In this document: positions 37,321 through 45,006 of the stretch, piece by piece
Numbering within the stretch: the stretch's first letter is position 1
How the letters are laid out: every line of letters begins with the position of its first letter
Assembly: GCA_023480885.1 (NCBI GenBank)
Contig: JAMCWX010000066.1
Coordinates: 37,467-101,466, forward strand
DNA: 64,000 nt
Reading direction: 5' to 3'
DNA from: Chloroflexota bacterium
GTDB lineage: Bacteria; Chloroflexota; UBA6077; FW602-bin22; JACPRP01
The notes under the pieces: generated by a model
The model's database searches: none
The model's input: only the letters and a program-made list of their open reading frames with translations
What the model was told of the DNA's origin: nothing
Position numbers and translations under genes: made by a program

Positions 37321-38388
37321 TCAACTCTCCTTCACGCCTAGCAGATCTGTCCCGCTTGCCGGCGCATTTGCAGACTGGCTTTGCTCCGGCAACCTTCCCA
37401 ATTGACCCATGGGTTTAGCCACGTGCTGCTCGATGTCCTTCGCGGTCGTCCTACCCGTAACCAGATCCAGCAAGCGAGACAGAAAGGCGCTGATGCCACC
37501 AGGCATGAACAGAAGCACGACTAGCAAGGCCGCGCCCATCAGAATGAACGATAGATCCTGGAGCTCACCGAGCACATAAGGCACCGTGACCATGAAGATG
37601 CCGCCAATAACTGAGCCAAGCACAGAGGCCAGGCCGCCGATTACGATCATAGTCAAGAAGTCGATTGATAACCACATGTTGAAGTTCTCCGGTGCCAGGA
37701 AGCGGACCAGACTGGCGAAGAGAGCGCCGGCAATGCCTGTATAGAAGGCAGACATGGTGAAGGCAAGCGTTTTATACCTCGCCAGGCTTATACCCATGGC
37801 CTGAGCGGCGATCTCGCTATCGCGCAAGGCTATGAACGCCCGACCAACGCTGGAGCGAAGAATGCTAAGGGCCAGCAACGACATCACGATAGTCACAGCT
37901 AAGACGAAGTAGAAGTAAGAGCGATCATCCAGGACAAAACCTGCCAGAGAAGGTTTAGGTACGCTCAATCCTGCCCGACCGCCCGACACGGAATCCATAT
38001 TTTGCAGTATCTGCTCCACTGCAAGGCCGAATCCCAGAGTTGCTGTCGAAAGGTATGCCCCTGACAGACGCAAGGCTGGAATACCCAGGAGGAAGCCGAC
38101 GATGCCGCTGGCGAGCCCTGCCACCAGCATTCCAACCCAGAAAGGAGCGCCCAGATCGGTAATCAGCCTGGCCGAGGTGTAGGCGCCGATAGCCAGAAAG
38201 CCGGCGTGCCCCACGGACATCTGCCCCGTGTACCCAGTGAGAATGTTTATTCCTAACGCGACGATCACGTATATACAGATGAGCGATAGTAGATAGGTGA
38301 TGAAAGTCGTAGTGAAACTAGGAAGGAAAACCAGCACAACAAGGAGCGGTACCAACCAGAGAAGATGGTGTAGCCGAAAAGCCGTCAT
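37321..38388 (-). CDS. livM: LivM-type ABC permease
   Basis: Polytopic, with the family pattern GQMSVGHAGFLAIGAY. It has a C-terminal cytoplasmic tail. Confidence 0.85.
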   Translation of the reverse strand: MTAFRLHHLLWLVPLLVVLVFLPSFTTTFITYLLSLICIYVIVALGINILTGYTGQMSVGHAGFLAIGAYTSARLITDLGAPFWVGMLVAGLASGIVGFLLGIPALRLSGAYLSTATLGFGLAVEQILQNMDSVSGGRAGLSVPKPSLAGFVLDDRSYFYFVLAVTIVMSLLALSILRSSVGRAFIALRDSEIAAQAMGISLARYKTLAFTMSAFYTGIAGALFASLVRFLAPENFNMWLSIDFLTMIVIGGLASVLGSVIGGIFMVTVPYVLGELQDLSFILMGAALLVVLLFMPGGISAFLSRLLDLVTGRTTAKDIEQHVAKPMGQLGRLPEQSQSANAPASGTDLLGVKES

Positions 38389-38402
38389 TATCCCTCTTCC
38401 TT

Positions 38403-39272
38403 TTACACCTTAGCCTGGATCCGACGCCCGAACACCCCGGTTGGGCGAACCGCAAGCACTACCACGATGAGCACGAACGCAAAGGTCGTTCGCAGCTCGG
38501 TGGAAATGAACTCTCCCGCCAGGTTCTCGGCCACACCAATGAAAAGCCCTCCCACAATGGCACCAGGAAGGCTGCCGAAGCCACCGAGCACTGCCGCAGC
38601 GTAAGCCTTTACAAGAACGTCTGACATCATATTGGGACTCAAATAGACGAGAGGAGCAAGAAGGATTCCTGCAACCGCAGCCAAGGCGCCGCTCACTCCC
38701 CAGGTAAGTGCGAAGATCCTGCTAACGTTCACGCCCATCAACCGAGCCGCCATCCTATCTTCCGCCGTGGCCCGCATTGCCAGCCCGGCCGTCGTGTAAC
38801 GGAAGAACACGAACAGCACCGCGCTTATTATGAAACCGAAGGCGAGTATCCAGAGATGTCCCTGACCTATGACCACTCCGTTGACCGAAACAGGATCGGA
38901 GGGGAGAGGCGATGGAAACGCTTTGGTATCGCGACCCCAGATGGCTCCTGCAACACCGTGCAAGATCATATAGACACCCAAGGTAGCAATCATCAGGCTG
39001 AGCATAGAGGCATTCTTCATCGGTCTAATGGTTAGCCTATCCACCACCACCGCCAGAATCGCAGTAGTAACAATAGCCACAAGCGTTGCCAGCACGAAAG
39101 GGACTTTGAACTGGGAAATGGCCATAAGCGCTACGAAGGCCGCGACCATACCAAAGTCTCCCTGAGCGAAATTGACCACGTCCGTGTTCTTGAAGATCAG
39201 AACGAGGCCGAGGGCCGTAAGGGCGTAGAGGCTGCCGGCAGCCAATCCGCTTACCATCTGTTGAGCAATCAC
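38403..39272 (-). CDS. livH: LivH-type ABC permease
   Basis: Starting at GTG 39272 (5 nt after AGGAGG) gives IAQQMVSGLAAGSLYAL, the canonical LivH N-terminus. The track ORF extends to 39371. Confidence 0.85.
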   Translation of the reverse strand: MIAQQMVSGLAAGSLYALTALGLVLIFKNTDVVNFAQGDFGMVAAFVALMAISQFKVPFVLATLVAIVTTAILAVVVDRLTIRPMKNASMLSLMIATLGVYMILHGVAGAIWGRDTKAFPSPLPSDPVSVNGVVIGQGHLWILAFGFIISAVLFVFFRYTTAGLAMRATAEDRMAARLMGVNVSRIFALTWGVSGALAAVAGILLAPLVYLSPNMMSDVLVKAYAAAVLGGFGSLPGAIVGGLFIGVAENLAGEFISTELRTTFAFVLIVVVLAVRPTGVFGRRIQAKV

Positions 39273-39364
39273 TGGCACCTCCTGAATCAAGTTCGCCTCA
39301 AGCATCGAAAGACCACTGTTGCTGACAGGATGTCGGAGTCCGCGCAGACTCCCCAATATACTAT

Positions 39365-39468
39365 TGTACAAGCAGGTGTTATATCAGTGCATACTATATC
39401 GACACGGGTTATATCGACAAGCGTTGATGTTGCGTCAATATAGCACAGGTTTTGTGCTGTGTCAACAG
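39365..39468. repeat. copy 1 of a duplicated ~104-bp intergenic module
   Basis: About 75% identical to 39542-39644. It contains ATATCGA twice (39396-39402 and 39411-39417), plus TTGATGT, TATAGCACAGGTT and GTCAACAG. Confidence 0.8.
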
Positions 39469-39541
39469 CTTTTGTCGCTTGAGTCTAAAACGACTTGCGC
39501 CCAAAACACCAGACCAATTTCACGCGAGCTGAGAAAAGGTG

Positions 39542-39644
39542 TATACAAGTGGAGGTTGTATCATTGTATACTATATCGACGGCTGTTGTATCGACAGCAA
39601 TTGATGTCGGGCAGTATAGCACAGGTTCTCGCTGCAGTCAACAG
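39542..39644. repeat. copy 2 of the duplicated ~104-bp intergenic module
   Basis: Offset 177 bp from copy 1. ATATCGA lies at 39573-39579 and GTATCGA at 39588-39594, with the same internal landmarks. Confidence 0.8.
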
Positions 39645-39729
39645 GTGTGCTCACTTGTTATGGATCGCCTGTGTGCTGGCAGGTGCACCGTTTCATCCCT
39701 CAAGGCCGAAAATAACAATGGAAAATGTA

Positions 39730-39758
39730 TTGACATCGATTGATTTATATGCTAGTAT
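39730..39758 (+). promoter_or_regulatory. sigma70-like promoter of the methyltransferase/molybdoenzyme/arsDA operon
   Basis: TTGACA (39730-39735), 17 nt, TAGTAT (39753-39758), about 95 nt before GTG 39852. Confidence 0.5.
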
Positions 39759-39851
39759 AGGGCTCGCTTGGGCTATCCCCCACATTCGAGGCAGTGGGCT
39801 CACATCCGCTCAAATGCCTCGTCAAGGTCTTTGAAAGGAAGGTCCCTAACT

Positions 39852-40907
39852 GTGAAGCCAAGAGATAGGCTACTTATGGCGATCAAACATCAGCAGCCCG
39901 ACCTGGTGCCCTTGTTCATCCGCTACGTCGGCGCTGTGAGCAGCAAACTCTCCCGCATTCACGGCATCGCCGGACGCGACCTAGAAATCAAGCTTGGCAA
40001 CGACGGCGTGATCGTCCAGATCGGCATCAACGCCGAGTACAGCCATAAAGTGGTGCCCGATGGCGAGCGCTGGACTAGCGAATGGGGCGTTACCTACGAG
40101 GGTATGCGTGGCATCAGCCAGCCCGTTGACCATCCACTTAAGGAGCCAGATGTCTCGGGCTATATATGGCCCGATCCTCATAAGCCCGAGAGGATGGCCG
40201 AGATCAAACAGGCGATGGCCAGGTATCATAGCGACTACGCGGTGATGGTCGACCTCTCCTGCACCTTTCTGGAGGCAGGCTACGCGCACCTCCGAGGCAT
40301 GGAGAAGTTCATGATGGATCTTCACCTCAGTCGGGACTTCGCCTGCCAGGTGCTGGATGGCCTCAACACCTATTACACTGCCCTCGGCGTACACGCCATT
40401 GAGCAGGGAATCGACATCATTCGAATCGGCGACGACATCGCTGGACAGAATGGTATGCTCGTGCCCCCGAAGTTGTGGCGCGAACTGGTAAAGCCGCGAA
40501 TGGAATCGATGATCCACGCCTTCAGGAAAGCCAACCCAAACATCATCGTCAAATATCACTCGTGTGGCGATTTCAGCGCTATCATCCCCGATCTCATCGA
40601 CCTGGGCGTCGACTTCATCGGGACGATGCAGCCCTGCGGCCAACAGGTGGATATGGCAGCCATTAAGGCGAAATACGGCGACAAGCTGGCCTTTCTGGGC
40701 GGCCTGGACACACAGCAGCTTCTGCCAAACGGCTCGCCCGAAGAGGTGCGGGAGGCTGTGAAAGACGTCCTGCGTAGCTACGCGCCAGGCGGCGGCTACG
40801 TTTTTATGCCAGGGCACTACGTCAACTTGGACGTGCCGCTAGAAAACGTCTGGGCGCTGCTCTCGGCGGTGCACGATTACCGCAGGTATCCTTTGAACTT
40901 CGATTAG
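39852..40907 (+). CDS. UroD/MtaA-family (MT2-type) methyltransferase 1
   Basis: Uroporphyrinogen-decarboxylase-fold pattern with a Zn-type HSCG...QPCG motif and C-terminal APGGGYVFMPGH. GTG 39852 lies about 10 nt after AAGGAAGG. The track ORF starts at 39768. Confidence 0.8.
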   Translation: MKPRDRLLMAIKHQQPDLVPLFIRYVGAVSSKLSRIHGIAGRDLEIKLGNDGVIVQIGINAEYSHKVVPDGERWTSEWGVTYEGMRGISQPVDHPLKEPDVSGYIWPDPHKPERMAEIKQAMARYHSDYAVMVDLSCTFLEAGYAHLRGMEKFMMDLHLSRDFACQVLDGLNTYYTALGVHAIEQGIDIIRIGDDIAGQNGMLVPPKLWRELVKPRMESMIHAFRKANPNIIVKYHSCGDFSAIIPDLIDLGVDFIGTMQPCGQQVDMAAIKAKYGDKLAFLGGLDTQQLLPNGSPEEVREAVKDVLRSYAPGGGYVFMPGHYVNLDVPLENVWALLSAVHDYRRYPLNFD

Positions 40908-40942
40908 CCAGCTGAGGCAAGAAGAAGCTTGAGGTGTTCTTC

Positions 40943-41632
40943 ATGGAGATATCTACACAGGACGGTGAACGCTCAATGGCTGAAATAATGAAATCAGGAA
41001 CCCTGGAGAAGCTAGCGCAGGCCGTGCTAGAGGGGGCAGCGGAAGACGCCAAGAGACTTACAGAGAAAGCCCTGTCAGAGAGCTTACCCCCAAACACGGT
41101 TCTCGTCGAAGGGCTCTCGGCAGGAATGACAGTAGTGGGCGGGTTGTTCCGCCGCAACGAGATGTTCATCCCAGAGGTGCTGCTGTCAGCCCGAGCGATG
41201 CGTTTTGGTATGGAAGTGCTTCGGCCTCTACTGGCAGAGACGGGGGCCAAGCCTGTGGGCAAGGTGATCCTGGGAACGGTAGCCGGCGACCTGCACGACA
41301 TCGGCAAGGATATCGTGCACATGATGCTGGAAGGAGCCGGCTTTCAAGTGTTCAACCTGGGCATCAACGTGGAAGCTCATAAGTTCATCGAGGCCTTCCA
41401 AGAACACAAGGCACCAGTCATTGCGCTTTCCGCCCTCCTGAGCACCACTATGCCGCAGCAGAAGGCGGTAATCGAGGCATTCGAGAAGGCTGGCTTGCGC
41501 GGCGAGGTAAAGATACTGATCGGTGGGGCGCCTGTCACTCAAGAATACGCCGATAAGATAGGGGCAGATGGTTTCGCTCCTGATGCCGCTTCGGCAGTAC
41601 TGAAAGCAAAGGAACTCCTTGGAATCAGCTAA
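40943..41632 (+). CDS. corrinoid (B12-binding) protein 1
   Basis: N-terminal helical cap, then a B12-binding Rossmann domain with DxHxxG (GDLHDIGKDIV) and SALLSTT. ATG 40976 is an alternative start. Confidence 0.85.
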   Translation: MEISTQDGERSMAEIMKSGTLEKLAQAVLEGAAEDAKRLTEKALSESLPPNTVLVEGLSAGMTVVGGLFRRNEMFIPEVLLSARAMRFGMEVLRPLLAETGAKPVGKVILGTVAGDLHDIGKDIVHMMLEGAGFQVFNLGINVEAHKFIEAFQEHKAPVIALSALLSTTMPQQKAVIEAFEKAGLRGEVKILIGGAPVTQEYADKIGADGFAPDAASAVLKAKELLGIS

Positions 41633-41659
41633 TCTCCTACTTAATTGCGAGGTGTCGTT

Positions 41660-42829
41660 GTGACAAAAGCGATGACTTCACGGCAGCGCGTGCAAGTGGC
41701 GCTCGACCATCGCGAACCTGACAGGGTGCCGCTTGGCATTTGGTCGACGCTCGACGGCTACAAGAGACTACGATCCTATCTCGGTCTCCCAATCGCTGAA
41801 CAATATCCCGTCGGCTCCACTACATGGTCACGTGACGTTCCCGTCGAGTTCGACGTTATCGATAAGCTCGGCCTGGACGTCATCAGGGTCTGTGGACGAT
41901 GCCCCGGCGGCAAATCCCTGGAGAAAACTCCCGATGGCCTGTGGATCGACGAGTGGAGCGTCAAGAGAAAGCTCGTCGAGCATCCTTCGGGAACGTATCT
42001 CGAAATCGTCAATCCGCCCTTGAAGGACGCCACTGTAGATGACCTGGCGGATTATCCCTGGCCAGACCCATCAGACCCGGCAGTGTGGGAAGGGCTTGAA
42101 GAGAGAGTGAAACGCCTCTACGACGAGACCGACCTGGCCATCCTGGCTCAATTCGGCAGAGGTGGTATCTTCGAGCAGGCCAAGTACCTCCGCGGCTACG
42201 ACACCATTATGTACGATATGGCCGCAAATCCAGAATTTGTTATTGCCCTCTTCGACAAGCTGACGGAGGTCGAGATGAAGTTCAACGAGATCGGCATCGG
42301 TCTCATCGGCCAGTACATCAACATCCTTCGCCTTTCGCCCGAGGACCTGGCCACTGGCGACAGCACCTTCGTCTCGCCAAAAATGTTCGAGCGCATGCTC
42401 AGACCCTATTACAAGCGCAGCTTCTCCCTCGCCAGAAAACTCTTGAAAGAGAAGAATCCTCAGGCGAGGCTGCAGTTCCACAGCTGCGGCGCCGTTTATC
42501 CGTTGCTGAACGCACTCATCGAGGACGGAATGGAAATCTTCGATCCGTTGCAGCCGAGAGTGGCTGAAGGCTCTAGGCCTGCCAGGCTCAAGCAAGCCTT
42601 CGGAGACCGCATCGCTTTCTGGGGAGGAATTGACGTTCAGGTCACGCTTCCACGCGGCACCAAAGAGGAGATCGCCAAGGAGGTCAGGACGAGGATCGCG
42701 GAAGTGGCGCCAGGCGGAGGTTATATCCTCAGCTCCTCACACCGCATCCAACCAGATATCCCTCCTGAGAACGTCGTCGCGATGTATGAAGCAGCCAAAG
42801 AACACGGGGAATACCCGATAAAAGCATAG
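41660..42829 (+). CDS. UroD/MtaA-family methyltransferase 2
   Basis: Same fold as methyltransferase 1 (FHSCGAVYPLL, APGGGYILSSSH), but without the second Cys of the QPCG position. GTG 41660 lies 5 nt after GAGGTG. Confidence 0.8.
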   Translation: MTKAMTSRQRVQVALDHREPDRVPLGIWSTLDGYKRLRSYLGLPIAEQYPVGSTTWSRDVPVEFDVIDKLGLDVIRVCGRCPGGKSLEKTPDGLWIDEWSVKRKLVEHPSGTYLEIVNPPLKDATVDDLADYPWPDPSDPAVWEGLEERVKRLYDETDLAILAQFGRGGIFEQAKYLRGYDTIMYDMAANPEFVIALFDKLTEVEMKFNEIGIGLIGQYINILRLSPEDLATGDSTFVSPKMFERMLRPYYKRSFSLARKLLKEKNPQARLQFHSCGAVYPLLNALIEDGMEIFDPLQPRVAEGSRPARLKQAFGDRIAFWGGIDVQVTLPRGTKEEIAKEVRTRIAEVAPGGGYILSSSHRIQPDIPPENVVAMYEAAKEHGEYPIKA

Positions 42830-42844
42830 TGCGGGGAGATATGC

Positions 42845-43495
42845 ATGGAAATCTTTGAGCAAATCAGCAATGCCGTCATCGAGGGCGAGTTCGGCGAAAT
42901 CACAGACCTTGTGCAGAGTGCGCTCGATCAGGGAATCGGAGCCAACGAAGTCATCCGAGAGGGCCTGTCGAAGGGAATGACTGAGGTGGGACGCCGCTTC
43001 CGCGAAGGCGAATATTTTATGCCTGAGGTCCTGGTTTCCGCCAAGACCATGAACACCGCGCTGTCGATACTGAAACCACTTCTCGTCGGCGATACCACCC
43101 AAGAGAACGTGGGAACCTTTCTTATCGGCACCGTCAAAGGCGACGTGCACGACATTGGCAAGAATATGGTATCCATGATGATGGAAGGCGCTGGCTTTAG
43201 AGTGATCGATATTGGCGTCGACGTAAAGCCAGAGGTCTTCGTGAAAGAGATAACGGAAAAGCAGCCCGATGTCGTTGGACTTTCAGCCTTGCTCTCCACG
43301 ACGATGATCTCGCAGAAAGAGACCATCGAGGCGCTCAAAGAGGCGGGCGTACGAGATAGAGTGATCGTTCTTGTTGGAGGAGCTCCTGTCGACCAAAACT
43401 GGGCCAACACTATTGGGGCAGACGGATATGCTCCCAATGCCAGCGTAGCGGTTGAGAAGGCGAAGGAGCTACTGCAGCGGCGACCCCACAGCTAG
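42845..43495 (+). CDS. corrinoid (B12-binding) protein 2
   Basis: DxHxxG as GDVHDIGKNMV, SALLSTTM and GGAPV. Paralogous to corrinoid protein 1. Confidence 0.85.
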   Translation: MEIFEQISNAVIEGEFGEITDLVQSALDQGIGANEVIREGLSKGMTEVGRRFREGEYFMPEVLVSAKTMNTALSILKPLLVGDTTQENVGTFLIGTVKGDVHDIGKNMVSMMMEGAGFRVIDIGVDVKPEVFVKEITEKQPDVVGLSALLSTTMISQKETIEALKEAGVRDRVIVLVGGAPVDQNWANTIGADGYAPNASVAVEKAKELLQRRPHS

Positions 43496-43521
43496 CTCGA
43501 TCTAGATGAAGGGAGAGACAC

Positions 43522-44070
43522 ATGACCCGCTTAGCGCTAGTAATAGATTTGAACAAGTGCATTCTATGCCACGCTTGCACCGTATCCTGCAAGATTCATC
43601 ACGACCTGCCGCTCGGGCAGTTCTGGAACGAGGTCTTCACTGTCGGGCCAAGCGGAGAGTTCCCGCACACGTCTCTGTATGGATTCCCCAAAGCATGTAT
43701 GCAATGCGACAAGCCCGCCTGTGTTTCCGTTTGTCCAGCAAGGGCCACGGAAAAGGACAAGGAAACTGGGGTGGTCAAAATCTACGAGGACAAGTGCGTT
43801 GGTTGCCGCTCCTGCATCGTGGCCTGCCCTTACGGTGCGCGTGCCTTCGACGAGACTAAAGGAACGACGTTCAAGTGCGAACTCTGCCCAGAGAGGCGCG
43901 AGCAAGGCAAGCAACCCATCTGCGTCGAGACCTGTGTCGGAGGAGCGCGAGTCTTTGGCGACATCGACGACCCAAACAGCGAAGCCTACAAGATCGTTCA
44001 CGAAAAACACGCGGTCAGGTATCTGGAGCATCTGGGCACAGAGCCCTGCACCAGCTACGTGCCAGCCTAG
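43522..44070 (+). CDS. four-cluster 4Fe-4S subunit (DmsB/PsrB-like), no signal peptide
   Basis: LVIDLNKCILCHACTVSCK, CMQCDKPACVSVCP, CVGCRSCIVACP and CELC...CVETC. Confidence 0.9.
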   Translation: MTRLALVIDLNKCILCHACTVSCKIHHDLPLGQFWNEVFTVGPSGEFPHTSLYGFPKACMQCDKPACVSVCPARATEKDKETGVVKIYEDKCVGCRSCIVACPYGARAFDETKGTTFKCELCPERREQGKQPICVETCVGGARVFGDIDDPNSEAYKIVHEKHAVRYLEHLGTEPCTSYVPA

Positions 44071-44120
44071 CTTCAGGACAACGTTCTCTGATTGGCCAGA
44101 GACGAAACAGGGGATGAAAC

Positions 44121-44981
44121 ATGAAAAGACGAAGAGCCAACACGTGGGACATTAGGATCGCCTCTTATCTTTTCCTGGCGGGCGTTGGCGCCGGAGCATT
44201 CGGGTCGCTGGCACTGCTCGATTACCTCGAAGGGGGCAAGCTGCACCTTCCCACCAGCATCACTGCCCTGCTCTCCCTCCTGCTCATAGGCATCGGAACC
44301 TTGCTGCTAGTATCGGACCTGGGAAAGCCACTGCGCTTCTGGCGAGTGCTGTTGAACCCGATGAGTTCTATGCTTTCGGTTGGCGCCTGGATACTGATCT
44401 TGTTCGCCCTCACGATGCTGGGCTACCTGGGCTTCGGGGGACCAGTGTTCAGCCTTGGTGGTGTGGTATTCGCGATAGCAACAGCAGGATACACAGGAAT
44501 CCTGCTGGGAGTAATAAAGGCTAGGCCATTCTGGAATAGTCCCGCGCTTCCACTGCTGTTCGTGACATCGGCCTTTTCCACTGGCATAGCGGTTGTGACG
44601 GTGCTCGCCTCAGCGCTGGTGATCTACGGCCTGGACGCGCAGAGCTCGCACCTGCTCTCGCAGGTCGATCTATGTCTGATCGTCGCCGAGCTAGCAATCA
44701 TTGGTTTGTACTTGACCATCATGAACAATTCCGCCGCGCCTGCGGCCAGGTCGGTTGAGATGTTGCTGAGAGGGAAGCAAGCCAACACATTCTGGGGCGG
44801 GCTGATCTTCGCCGGTCTGGTGGTACCGCTCGTTCTCGCCCTCGCCAGTTCCGAAGGGGTAACGAACCTGCTCTCCTCGATTCTGGTGCTGATAGGAGGG
44901 TTCTCTCTCAGATACACATTCCTGGCGGCAGGAACTCGTGCACTCCTGCCAGGGGAGCCCGCCGAGGCAAGTTACCTGTGA
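44121..44981 (+). CDS. NrfD/DmsC-type membrane anchor subunit
   Basis: 286-aa, about 8-TM protein with IASYLFLAGVGAGAF and SDLGKPLRFWRVL motifs. Confidence 0.8.
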   Translation: MKRRRANTWDIRIASYLFLAGVGAGAFGSLALLDYLEGGKLHLPTSITALLSLLLIGIGTLLLVSDLGKPLRFWRVLLNPMSSMLSVGAWILILFALTMLGYLGFGGPVFSLGGVVFAIATAGYTGILLGVIKARPFWNSPALPLLFVTSAFSTGIAVVTVLASALVIYGLDAQSSHLLSQVDLCLIVAELAIIGLYLTIMNNSAAPAARSVEMLLRGKQANTFWGGLIFAGLVVPLVLALASSEGVTNLLSSILVLIGGFSLRYTFLAAGTRALLPGEPAEASYL

Positions 44982-45006
44982 CGTGGTGGATAGAAGGGAG
45001 GCCTTT

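Noticed and set aside
39319-39834. A 171-aa ORF and an 82-aa ORF (39495-39743) in the livH / methyltransferase intergenic region.
   Set aside because: They are composed of the duplicated 104-bp module, which gives repeated LYRH/ISTxV peptides. They run across the promoter, and have no SD and no family resemblance.
44983-45006. A Tat signal for the second catalytic subunit using GTG 44983 (VVDRREAFMIVATG).
   Set aside because: The RR codons are part of the strong SD for ATG 45007. The would-be h-region is only about 8 residues with no AxA site, and the upstream SD is poor. It is kept as an open alternative in the findings rather than called.
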